From contig CBDBZU010000004.1 in NCBI GenBank assembly GCA_965213625.1, forward strand, positions 3,808,001 through 3,872,000: DNA of 64,000 nt. Reading direction: 5' to 3'. Positions within the stretch are counted from its first letter, which is position 1; every line of letters begins with the position of its first letter. The DNA comes from a bacterium (lineage in GTDB: Bacteria; UBA8248). The notes beneath the pieces were generated by a model. It worked only from the letters and a program-made list of their open reading frames with translations. It was not told where the DNA came from and searched no databases. Shown here piece after piece: positions 8,712-17,376 of the stretch. The position numbers and the translations under genes are program-made.

Positions 8712-9353
8712 ATGCCCAGACGTCATAAGGTACGGAAATTCAAGCCCTATCTCATGCGCTACCTCCATTCGGCCGACCCGAACTACGAGCCTGTGCTGAT
8801 GGATTTGCTCGAACACGAACACGAAATCTATGACGAGAGCACCATCGGCGAGGGCGCGGAATCGGCCCGCGGAGAGCGGCTTTCCCACATGTGGCACGTT
8901 GTTTTTACGGAACTTACGGACATTCTCACCCCCTTCCACATCGAGCAGCTCTTCGAGCGCCTGGAGAAGGATTTCTCCGTCACGTGCCGGATCATGCGTG
9001 AGATGTCCGACCCGCAGCCGGTGGAAAAAGAGCCCGCTTTCAGGCACTACCTCATGCGCTACCTGGAATCGAACGACCCGAACTACGAGCCGGTGCTCCG
9101 GGATATACTCGAACACGAAAACGAGTTGTACGACGCCATCACGGCGAGCGAGGAGACGGATTTTCAGCGCGGAGAACACGGGACGTTCTCCTGGCAGGTG
9201 GTTCACGGACAGCTCTCGAAAGTCGTCTCGCCCGGGCAAATCAAAGAACTTTTCGACAAGCTGGAACGTGATTTTTCAGCTACTTGCGCGCTTTTCCACG
9301 AGATGGCCGAGGCGGAGAAACTCATACAGGAAGAAGAGGGCGGACCCGGCTAG
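8712..9353 (+). CDS. Hypothetical acidic protein made of two tandem ~100-aa repeats
   Basis: GAGG RBS. YLMRYLxSxDPNYEPVLxDxLEHExExYD and LExDFSxTC each occur twice; the DNA word ctcatgcgctacct recurs exactly 300 nt apart (8751, 9051). Confidence 0.85.
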   Translation: MPRRHKVRKFKPYLMRYLHSADPNYEPVLMDLLEHEHEIYDESTIGEGAESARGERLSHMWHVVFTELTDILTPFHIEQLFERLEKDFSVTCRIMREMSDPQPVEKEPAFRHYLMRYLESNDPNYEPVLRDILEHENELYDAITASEETDFQRGEHGTFSWQVVHGQLSKVVSPGQIKELFDKLERDFSATCALFHEMAEAEKLIQEEEGGPG

Positions 9354-9370
9354 ACCGGGTTGAAAGCCCC

Positions 9371-9399
9371 TTGCCACTCCCGGCCGCAATCCTTACAAT
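9371..9399 (+). promoter_or_regulatory. Sigma70-type promoter of the VOC gene
   Basis: TTGCCA-N17-TACAAT. Confidence 0.55.
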
Positions 9400-9478
9400 C
9401 CAAGGCTTATCAAGCCGATAGACAACCGGACTCGTCATGAAGCCTAAGGTTTACAGCTAAACGAGAGGGGATTCCCGC

Positions 9479-9865
9479 ATGGCCAGATACTCATACGACC
9501 ACCTTCACTTCAGGAGCGAAGACCCGCACGCCGCCCGCGATTTCTGGATCGACATGTTCGGCGCCACCGTCGTGGAGGAGCGAAAGCTGGGCGGTGCGCC
9601 GTCGTTCAACATGGACCTGAACGGCATGGTGTTCCTCGTCTCGGGCCGGGCGGAGGGAGAAGACCCGGTACGGACGGGCTCCGATCCACGCTACGGGCTG
9701 GATCATTTCGGGCTTCGAGTCGACGACATGGACGAGGCGCAAAAAGAGCTGACCGAAAAAGGCGCCGAGTGGATTTGCGAGCCCTGGGAGATACGCCCGG
9801 GGGTTAAGATCGCCTTCATCAAGGGCCCCGACAACATCAGCATCGAGATGGCGCAACGCGGCTAA
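9479..9865 (+). CDS. VOC (glyoxalase/bleomycin resistance) family protein
   Basis: DHLHFRS.D..AARDFW, GLDHFGLRVDDM and AFIKGPDNISIE metal-binding motifs. Confidence 0.9.
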   Translation: MARYSYDHLHFRSEDPHAARDFWIDMFGATVVEERKLGGAPSFNMDLNGMVFLVSGRAEGEDPVRTGSDPRYGLDHFGLRVDDMDEAQKELTEKGAEWICEPWEIRPGVKIAFIKGPDNISIEMAQRG

Positions 9866-9977
9866 AATCATGCAACTACGCTGCGGATGACGCATTTTTG
9901 CAGGTAGCGTGTCGTCATCAAATTCGGTGGGTGTTATTATTCCCCGAAGTTTATCCCGCCGCCAAGGGAATTTCGCC

Positions 9978-10664
9978 ATGGAAAAATGGAACAGACGTGA
10001 ACTGTTGAAAAACTCCCTGATCGGTCTCACTGCGCTGGGCACGGGCGCCTTCGCGTTCAGGCAATCCCTCGCCCCCACGCCCGCCTATGGAGAACTGGGG
10101 GAATTCGGGAAATTCCTAGTAGCGCAAGGCGAAAAGCTGGATGAGACGCCACCCATAGCACGAAAACCGACCGCCTCGGACTCCATGGGACCCTACTACA
10201 AGGAAGGGGCTCCTTTCCGCGGCCGCCTGATGCCCCAGGGCGCACCGGGCACGCCCATGATCATTCGCGGCCACGTATATGGACACGATACCCAGAAGAC
10301 GCTCGAGGGCACAACAATCGACGTCTGGCAGGCGGATGACGGCGGCAGCTACCACGGCATGGACGAGAGGGAGAATTACCTCTACAGAGCGCGTATGCGC
10401 ACCACAAGGCGAGGCCTGTATCAGTTCGAGACCGTGCATCCGGGACTTTACGGCTTCGGCTTCTGGGCGAGGCCCTCACACATTCATTTCTATATCCGCC
10501 ATCCCGATTATCAGCCCCTGGTGACGCAGTTGTATTTTCGTGGCGACCCGAGACTGGGCGACCATGAACGCTCGAGACCCTCTCTGATCATTTCGCTCAA
10601 GAAAGTATCCTGGGGAAAAACCTACGAACTGGGTAATTTCGACATCGTTCTAGCGCGCAAATAA
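9978..10664 (+). CDS. Intradiol ring-cleavage dioxygenase-like protein with a Tat-like signal
   Basis: NRRELLK plus a hydrophobic segment; GPYY, IDVWQAD..G.Y, FETVHPGLY, RPSHIHF and LVTQLYF motifs. Confidence 0.85.
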   Translation: MEKWNRRELLKNSLIGLTALGTGAFAFRQSLAPTPAYGELGEFGKFLVAQGEKLDETPPIARKPTASDSMGPYYKEGAPFRGRLMPQGAPGTPMIIRGHVYGHDTQKTLEGTTIDVWQADDGGSYHGMDERENYLYRARMRTTRRGLYQFETVHPGLYGFGFWARPSHIHFYIRHPDYQPLVTQLYFRGDPRLGDHERSRPSLIISLKKVSWGKTYELGNFDIVLARK

Positions 10665-10714
10665 GGAATATCCGCACGTTTTCAACATGTTAGAAAACTT
10701 GAATAGCCCGGCTC

Positions 10715-12031
10715 TCAGCCATAAAGCGCCGTTTGAAGCTGTTCTCGCATTTTCTCGGGCGCCATGCCAAAAGCGCGCAGCGTGTCCTCAGCCTCCTGAA
10801 TAACCAGATCGATATCCTCATAGATTTTGTACGTCTTCGTGTAATCGGGATAGTCAAAACCCATGGCCTGGCCGAGAATCGTCATGAAATTTTCGATTGC
10901 AAAGGGCTCTCCCTTTTCCAGATCGCATAACTCACGATGACAGCTATGATAAACGGTAAGCAGCGAATCCACCCCGGCGCGGCGCGCAGAGTCCATAAGT
11001 TTCTCGCGCATCGCCGCTTTCGCCTCGGGAATGACGAGCGTGGGACACTGATAGGCATGATTCGATAGCTGTTCAATCTCCACGAACTCGAGTCCTGGAA
11101 CCGCTCGCAGGATTTTTATGACGTTATCCTCGACGCCATCGGTTCCCCCATGCAGGTGCACAGCCACGCGCTTTTCGACCTTTTGCGTGAATTCTCCCCG
11201 CAAAGTTTCCAGGTTATCCACCAGGTATTGCGTGATGTGAACAAACGGCAGGATTTCTTCCTCGTTCGGCCCGGAATCACCCGCCATGGGGAGAACCGGT
11301 ATTCCGGTATATAAGTGCTGATATTCGGAGTACTGCATCTGGCAAGTGGGGCAAAACGTGATGACCCTTTCCGGCTCATAAGATTTGAAATAATCAAGGG
11401 ATCGTGCGCCCATCTCCGCACCCCCTTCCAGATCCCCTCGCCTGATGTGGTTGATACCGCAACAATGGCCCACGCCGCCGGCCACCTCATAGTCCAACCC
11501 GAGCCGGTCGAAAACATCGATGCACGAGAGCAGGATATGGGGCGTCTGGAGGATGTTGCATCCAAAGTAAAATACCGCATCCACATTGTTCACATCGGAG
11601 CCCCGTACGGCGGTGAGACGCCTGAAGAGATCGGGCTCGAGCTGGAGAGCGGCCATGAAGCGAATCTTCCGGCTCATATCCTGAAAATAAGACCGACCGG
11701 CCTCTTGAATGTCCGCCTCCTCTAATTCGACGTTTTGGAGCTTGAGCTTGGCGTAGGAGAGCATTTCACGCGGATTGACGTCCTCCGGGCAGGCCTCGAT
11801 GCAAACCCCGCTTTTCTGACAAGCCTTGGCCCAAAGCGCCCCTTCCGGCTCATGAGGGCGACCGTTGATGATGTCGATCACAGATTTCGTCACCCGCTCG
11901 GGTTCCGCGCCTTTGGCTCCTGAATACGAAACCATCGGGCAGACTTCGTAACACTTTCCGCAATGTGTACAGGCTTCGGTGATATGGGTGATTCGCTCTT
12001 CCATAAAACTCTGGTAGGCAGTCGCTTCCAT
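10715..12031 (-). CDS. Fe-S oxidoreductase with a ferredoxin-like N-terminus and CCG domain(s) (HdrD/GlpC-like)
   Basis: CTHCGKCYEVCP and CQKSGVCIEACP; YFGC..HCCG..FCPTC; degenerate second CCG domain (YQCP..YHSC). Confidence 0.88.
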   Translation of the reverse strand: MEATAYQSFMEERITHITEACTHCGKCYEVCPMVSYSGAKGAEPERVTKSVIDIINGRPHEPEGALWAKACQKSGVCIEACPEDVNPREMLSYAKLKLQNVELEEADIQEAGRSYFQDMSRKIRFMAALQLEPDLFRRLTAVRGSDVNNVDAVFYFGCNILQTPHILLSCIDVFDRLGLDYEVAGGVGHCCGINHIRRGDLEGGAEMGARSLDYFKSYEPERVITFCPTCQMQYSEYQHLYTGIPVLPMAGDSGPNEEEILPFVHITQYLVDNLETLRGEFTQKVEKRVAVHLHGGTDGVEDNVIKILRAVPGLEFVEIEQLSNHAYQCPTLVIPEAKAAMREKLMDSARRAGVDSLLTVYHSCHRELCDLEKGEPFAIENFMTILGQAMGFDYPDYTKTYKIYEDIDLVIQEAEDTLRAFGMAPEKMREQLQTALYG

Positions 12032-12059
12032 GACTCTCCTTCATGAAGGTGAAGAGAAA

Positions 12060-12088
12060 ATTCTATGGGAGCCGGCCGGGATGGTCAA
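12060..12088 (-). promoter_or_regulatory. Sigma70-type promoter of the CCG Fe-S gene
   Basis: Minus strand TTGACC-N17-TAGAAT, about 30 nt upstream of the ATG at 12031. Confidence 0.6.
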
Positions 12089-12310
12089 CCGAACAGATGT
12101 CGGGCGGCTCCACGTGACTTGTGGTAGCGCGATGCAGTGAATAGTCACCTCCTTCCGGGAGTTTTTGACCAAGCCACGTCAATATGCTAGTTAAGAAGCT
12201 GTTTTTCCGATTGCCTGGTTTGATGGAAAACCCCCAAGGAATGGTCTCACCCCCATATCCGCAAAATCATGAGTCGCCTTGAACCCAAGGCCTCGAGGAG
12301 GTTTTGAGAA

Positions 12311-13819
12311 ATGCCGAAAGCTACTGAGAAATACGATGTCGTCGTCGTGGGTTGCGGCAACGCCGCTCTATGCGCATCGCTGGCGGCGCGTGACCAGGGG
12401 GCCAATGTGCTGGTGCTCGAGAAAGCGCCTGAAGCATGGCGCGGCGGGAATTCCGCATTCTCGGGAGGCCTCTTCCGCTTCGCCTTCAACAGCATCGAAG
12501 ACATCTACTCGCTCGTGCCCGATCTTTCCGACGCCGAGAAGGAAAACATCGAGATCGACCCCTACACGTCGGAGAAATTCTTTGACGATCTTGCCCTGCT
12601 GACCGAATACCAGACCGACGGCGACCTCGCCTCCGTCCTAATTCACGAGTCGTTCCCGACACTGCAATGGATGCAGTCCAAGGGTCTGCGGCTCATCCTC
12701 GCAAGCGGGCGGCAGGCATTCAAGGTCGACGGCAAGATGCGCTTCTGGGGCGGACTGGTTCTCGAGATCGTCGGCGGTGGACGGGGCCTCATCGATTCGC
12801 TCCTCGATGCCGCAAACAATGCCGGAGTGGAAATTCGCTACGCATCGAAGGCGATGCGCCTGATCACGGACCCGATGGGCGGCGTGACGGGCGTCGAGGT
12901 CAAAGGCCCCGATGGGCCTTACGAAGTCGAGGCGCAAGGGGTGATTCTGGCATCGGGTGGATTCGAGGCGAACGCCGAGATGCGCTGCCGCTACCTGGGT
13001 CCGGGCTGGGAACTCGCAAAAGTGCGCGGCACCCCCTACAACACGGGCGACGGCATCAAGATGGCGCTCGATATCGGGGCTCAGCCCTATGGCAACTGGA
13101 GCGGTTGTCACGCCGTCGCCTGGGACTTGAACGCCCCGCCCTTCGGCGACCTCACGGTAGGAGAATCCTACCAGAAACACTCCTATCCGTTCGGCATCAT
13201 CGTGAACATCGAGGGCAAGCGCTTCGTGGATGAGGGGGCCGATTTCAGAAACTATACCTACGCCAAATACGGCCGGAACATTCTACAGCAACCCCAGCGG
13301 GCCGCCTTTCAGATATTCGACCAGAAAACGGTTCATATGCTGCGCGACGAATATCGTATCCGCGAAGTCACCAAGGGCGAGGCCAATACGCTGGAAGAAC
13401 TCGCCGGTCAACTCGAAATCGATGTTGATGAGTTCGTCAAAACCGTTCAGGAATATAACGCATCCATCCAGCCGGGCGAATACAATCCGACCATCAAAGA
13501 CGGGAAATGTACGATGGGCATCGACCCGCCAAAATCGAACTGGGCGCTTCCCATCGATGAACCGCCCTACCTCGGCTTCGCCGTCACCACGGGCATCACG
13601 TTCACCTTCGGTGGCATCCGCGTGACGCCCAAAGCGGAAGTCGTGAATACGGAAAACGAGATCATCCCCGGGCTGTTCGCCGCGGGCGAACTCGTGGGCG
13701 GCGTCTACTATTTCAACTACCCGGGAGGCGCGGGGCTTACCCTGGGCTCTGTATACGGCAAACTGGCAGGCGCCGCAGCAGGGCAGCGCGCCGCTGAGGC
13801 GAACACGGCTTCCGCCTGA
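12311..13819 (+). CDS. tcuA: FAD-dependent oxidoreductase, tricarballylate dehydrogenase TcuA-like
   Basis: DVVVVGCGNAA..AA..A, RGGNSAFSGG, VILASGGFEAN, RGTPYNTGDG, GKRFVDEG, GITFTFGG and YFNYPGGAGLT.G.V.G motifs. Substrate uncertain. Confidence 0.8.
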   Translation: MPKATEKYDVVVVGCGNAALCASLAARDQGANVLVLEKAPEAWRGGNSAFSGGLFRFAFNSIEDIYSLVPDLSDAEKENIEIDPYTSEKFFDDLALLTEYQTDGDLASVLIHESFPTLQWMQSKGLRLILASGRQAFKVDGKMRFWGGLVLEIVGGGRGLIDSLLDAANNAGVEIRYASKAMRLITDPMGGVTGVEVKGPDGPYEVEAQGVILASGGFEANAEMRCRYLGPGWELAKVRGTPYNTGDGIKMALDIGAQPYGNWSGCHAVAWDLNAPPFGDLTVGESYQKHSYPFGIIVNIEGKRFVDEGADFRNYTYAKYGRNILQQPQRAAFQIFDQKTVHMLRDEYRIREVTKGEANTLEELAGQLEIDVDEFVKTVQEYNASIQPGEYNPTIKDGKCTMGIDPPKSNWALPIDEPPYLGFAVTTGITFTFGGIRVTPKAEVVNTENEIIPGLFAAGELVGGVYYFNYPGGAGLTLGSVYGKLAGAAAGQRAAEANTASA

Positions 13820-13919
13820 TTTTTCTTTTTCAGAGGGACGAGGCGGTCTACTTCAGATAAAGCGACTGGCCCGGAGTCCTCGGCGGTGATGGCCTGTCCA
13901 AAGCCATGGGCAAGGCGCG

Positions 13920-14498
13920 TTACGCCGTAATGCCGCCCAAGGAGATCGATTCGCCGTTCAGGTTCACCGTGCTTTTCAGCGGAACGGCGGCCGTCACCAT
14001 TTGTTCGGCGAAGCATCCTTGTTTCGCATTCTTGATGACCGCCAGTATTTTCTCCGCCGGTTCATCAGATTCCACCTCAAAGTGCGTACGTACCTCGTTG
14101 CAGCCGGAATTGACCGTGCCCTTGAGGACGGAACCCCTCAAGAAATAGTCGAAATCCACTTGCACCTTGGCGTGCGTGAAGGACACTTTCATCATATGCG
14201 CGTACCGCGCAAGCTGGGTGAGGAGTCAGAACCCGACTCCCATGGCGATGTAGCATAGCGGTTGGGGGTAGGAATCCTCACCGCCGATGCGGGGCGGCTC
14301 ATCACAATACACTTCAAAATGCCTGTGCGTCCCCAGCTTGAGCTGGCCCTTTCCCTCAATCGTTTCGGTGTCGGCGGACATGGTGAAGGCATAGCCCTGC
14401 GTGGGGAGTTCCGGTTTATCGATGGCACGCTCACCGGGAACAGTGCTGTCTTTACGCGGATCGAGAGGTTCCACTTGTCTTGTCTCCTTTGGTGTCAT
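13920..14498 (-). CDS. OsmC-like peroxidase-fold protein with an in-frame TGA (probable selenocysteine at codon 91)
   Basis: ORFs 14226-14498 and 13920-14195 are in the same frame. The joined translation DEPPRIGGEDSYPQPLCYIAMGVGF-U-LLTQLARYAHMMKV...AKQGCFAE puts the TGA at the first conserved OsmC Cys. Confidence 0.85.
14197..14228 (-). promoter_or_regulatory. UGA codon plus bacterial SECIS-like hairpin
   Basis: Minus strand TGA-ctcctcacccagct-TGCGCG-GTA-CGCGCA. The apical loop starts with G 21 nt after the UGA. Confidence 0.7.
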
Positions 14499-14592
14499 AA
14501 GAATGGCGGAAGAAAGACGATATTATGCACGCAAGGGCGGTGCAAGAGAACCGTCGGCACACTCTTTTCTTGTAACCATAAGGGGCAATTTC

Positions 14593-15552
14593 GTGAACCG
14601 AATCGTCGTACCAGATGACTACCCTTCCGTCTTCATGGGAAGCGCCGCTGAAACCCGGTTGCGGGAAATCGGTGACGCGGATATCCACACCTCAAACCCA
14701 CAAACGTCCGAAGAGTTGCTCAGCCGTGTTTCCGAGGCCGATGGCATCATCAACATCCGTGCTTTTTGCAAGTTCGACGCGGATTTTTTCTCGAATTGCG
14801 GTGCTCTCAAGGTACTTTCGATCTGGGGCACGGGCACGGACCACGTCGATTTGAAAGCTGCCGAGAACGCAGGCGTCATTATATCGAACACCCCTGGCGT
14901 AGCCGCAGTTTCAGTTGCGGAGCACACCCTGGCCCTCATGATGGCGGCGGCGCGCCAGATACCCGGAAACGATACCGCCATGCGAGCGGGCGGGTGGCCG
15001 CGGGGACAGATGACGCAATTAAACGGAAAAACGCTCGGCCTCATCGGCCTTGGCGCCATCGGCCGCCAGACGGCCCGTATCGCCGCCGGTATCGGGATGA
15101 AGCTCATCGCCTGGACGTTTCACCCAGACGAAGATTTCGCTGCGGAGGTAGGACTGGAGTTCGTCGACTTGAACGCATTGTATGAACGAGCCGATGTCAT
15201 TTCGATACACGTGCGGCAATCGGCAGACACCATCGGCATGATCGGCGCCGAGGCGTTCTCCCGCATGGGGCCGGATACCATTTTAGTGAACACGGCGCGG
15301 GGACCTATCGTGGATGAAGAGGCGCTCATATTGGCCTTGAAAAACGGCGCCTTAGCTGCAGCGGGTCTCGACGTATTCGATCAGGAGCCTCTGCCCCCGA
15401 ACCATCCGCTCGGGAAACTAAAAAACGTGGTCCTCTCCCCGCACAATGCGGGCATCACGCCTGAGGTGACCGAAGCGGGCCTCCTGATGTCGGTGGAAAA
15501 CGTTGCCGCAGCCCTCTCGGGTAAACCGCAGAACGTGGTGCATCCTTCATGA
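14593..15552 (+). CDS. D-isomer specific 2-hydroxyacid dehydrogenase
   Basis: GKTLGLIGLGAIG, LVNTARG..VDE, AGLDVF..EPL and LSPH motifs. Start GTG 14593 after AGGGG. Confidence 0.92.
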   Translation: MNRIVVPDDYPSVFMGSAAETRLREIGDADIHTSNPQTSEELLSRVSEADGIINIRAFCKFDADFFSNCGALKVLSIWGTGTDHVDLKAAENAGVIISNTPGVAAVSVAEHTLALMMAAARQIPGNDTAMRAGGWPRGQMTQLNGKTLGLIGLGAIGRQTARIAAGIGMKLIAWTFHPDEDFAAEVGLEFVDLNALYERADVISIHVRQSADTIGMIGAEAFSRMGPDTILVNTARGPIVDEEALILALKNGALAAAGLDVFDQEPLPPNHPLGKLKNVVLSPHNAGITPEVTEAGLLMSVENVAAALSGKPQNVVHPS

Positions 15553-15554
15553 TT

Positions 15555-15563
15555 TGCTATAAT
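15555..15563 (+). promoter_or_regulatory. Extended -10 promoter element upstream of the aquaporin
   Basis: TGCTATAAT. Confidence 0.45.
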
Positions 15564-15669
15564 GAGACATGGAGATAGCCTGTTTTCTGTTTCCAGGGTT
15601 CCTCGTATCGATTCGGTAACGACTTAATTTCTCTGCCAATTATTCGCCCGAGTCATCTAGGAGAACAAA

Positions 15670-16350
15670 ATGAGTCCAACAGGAAGGGCCTGCGTAGCGG
15701 AAGCCATCGGCACGTTTTCGCTGTGCTTTATCGGTGCGGGCGCCATCATTTTGAATCAGAAAACGGGTGGAGCCGTGGGTCTCATCGGCATCGCCCTGGC
15801 CCACGGTTTGATCCTCTCGGTGATGATTTCCGCCATGGGGCACGTATCGGGCGGTCATTTCAATCCGGCCGTCACAATCGGCTTCATGGTCACGAAAAGG
15901 ACAGACGGCGGCACAGGCATCTCCTACATCATCAGCCAACTGGTTGGTGGAACCGTGGCCGGTATCCTGTTGAGAATCATTTTTGCGGCCGACGTATGGC
16001 AAAAGGTGAATCTGGGAACACCGACCCTTGCAAGTGACGTGAGTTTCGGCATGGGGATTCTGATCGAAATCATTCTCACGTTCTTCCTCGTCACAGCTAT
16101 CTGGGGCTCCGCCGTGGACGACAGGCACCCCGACGTGGGCGGATTCGCGATCGGCCTAACCATCGCCGCAGACATTCTTATGGGAGGTCCACTCACGGGA
16201 GCATCCATGAATCCGGCGCGCACATTCGGCCCCGCTCTGGCCGGGGGCGGCTTCGACGGCATCAACCACCTCGTCTACTGGATAGGGCCCATCATCGGCG
16301 GCGTGGCGGCGGCCTTGGTGTACAACAACATCCTGATCAAAAAAGAGTAA
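15670..16350 (+). CDS. MIP-family channel (aquaporin)
   Basis: AEAIGTF, SGGHFNPAVT and GASMNPART; AGGAG RBS. Confidence 0.96.
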   Translation: MSPTGRACVAEAIGTFSLCFIGAGAIILNQKTGGAVGLIGIALAHGLILSVMISAMGHVSGGHFNPAVTIGFMVTKRTDGGTGISYIISQLVGGTVAGILLRIIFAADVWQKVNLGTPTLASDVSFGMGILIEIILTFFLVTAIWGSAVDDRHPDVGGFAIGLTIAADILMGGPLTGASMNPARTFGPALAGGGFDGINHLVYWIGPIIGGVAAALVYNNILIKKE

Positions 16351-16354
16351 TAAA

Positions 16355-16392
16355 AATCCGCCCCGGCGGCGCTATACCTGCCGGGGCGGATT
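16355..16392. terminator. Intrinsic terminator between convergent genes
   Basis: aatccgccccggc...gccggggcggatt stem, with an A-run on the left giving a U-tail on the minus strand. Confidence 0.8.
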
Positions 16393-16403
16393 CCTCTGGC
16401 TGC

Positions 16404-17366
16404 TTAAGCGTTATCTCTGACGACGTTGGCGGGCGCGCCTCTCAAATAAGCTTCGATGTTCGCTACCGGCACATCGCGGAACCTCGCATAGGTGCCGTCG
16501 GTAATCCACGCCGAATGCGGCGTGATGATGACGTTATCCAGAGAACGATATATCGAGTCCTTCGGTAACGGCTCGAAAGGCTCAAAAACATCGAGACCGG
16601 CGCCTGCAATGCGCCTGTTTCGCAAGGCATCCAGTAGCGCATCCTCATCCACCATATGAGCGCGCGCCGTATTGACGAAAAAAGCCGTTTCCTTCATCTG
16701 CTCGAATTTCTCTTTTGTCATGAAGGGCGCAGCGTTCGCCGGTAAATGTAGTTGGAGCGACACCACGTCGGACGCAAGACATTCCTCGACGGTAGCCGCT
16801 TCCGCCCCCTCCGCCTGCGCGCGTTCGGGCGTCATGGAAGGAGAACAGGTGATGACTCTCATCTCGAAGCCCAAAGCCATGCGGCATACCAGACGGGCGA
16901 TATGGCCGAAACCGATAAGACCCAGTGTCTTTCCGGCAAGCTCGACTCCTTGATCCTGGGGCCAATCGCCCTTTCTCATGGCGGGGAACATGAGCGGCAT
17001 TCTTTTCGCCAACGCCAGGATAAGCATCATCGTGTGCTCGGCCACGGACGAGGCGCTCGCCGCGGGCGTCGTACTCACTACGATCCCGCGTTCGTTGGCG
17101 CGCTCCATGTCGATCATGCGCGGGCGCGTGCCCATCACGGAAATCATCTTGAGGTGGGGAATATGATCCAGCAAGTCGGTCGTCTTGAAGTCGGTCTGGT
17201 ACCTGGTCGTGAGTATAATTTCCGCGTCTTTCAGGCGCTGGCGGAGCAATTCTTCGCTATCGGCATTGTCGGTGTAGTAATGTACGTCGCCCAGGGCGCG
17301 CAATCGCCCGAGAGCTTCGGAGCCTTCGAACAAACGGAAACAATCGTCTGGAATAACGATTTGCAT
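16404..17366 (-). CDS. D-isomer specific 2-hydroxyacid dehydrogenase (second paralog)
   Basis: GKTLGLIGFGHIA, FVNTARA..VDE, AGLDVFEP.EPL and ITPH motifs. Confidence 0.92.
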   Translation of the reverse strand: MQIVIPDDCFRLFEGSEALGRLRALGDVHYYTDNADSEELLRQRLKDAEIILTTRYQTDFKTTDLLDHIPHLKMISVMGTRPRMIDMERANERGIVVSTTPAASASSVAEHTMMLILALAKRMPLMFPAMRKGDWPQDQGVELAGKTLGLIGFGHIARLVCRMALGFEMRVITCSPSMTPERAQAEGAEAATVEECLASDVVSLQLHLPANAAPFMTKEKFEQMKETAFFVNTARAHMVDEDALLDALRNRRIAGAGLDVFEPFEPLPKDSIYRSLDNVIITPHSAWITDGTYARFRDVPVANIEAYLRGAPANVVRDNA

Positions 17367-17376
17367 CGATGAGGTT

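Noticed and set aside
10678-10698. Imperfect palindrome gttttc-aacatgtt-agaaaac between convergent genes
   Set aside because: Weak AT-rich stem; cannot be distinguished from a minor terminator or chance
13920-14498. Reading the OsmC locus as a pseudogene or as two genes
   Set aside because: The single stop is a TGA at the catalytic Cys position with a downstream hairpin, and both halves are otherwise intact; recoding is the simpler explanation, though not proven
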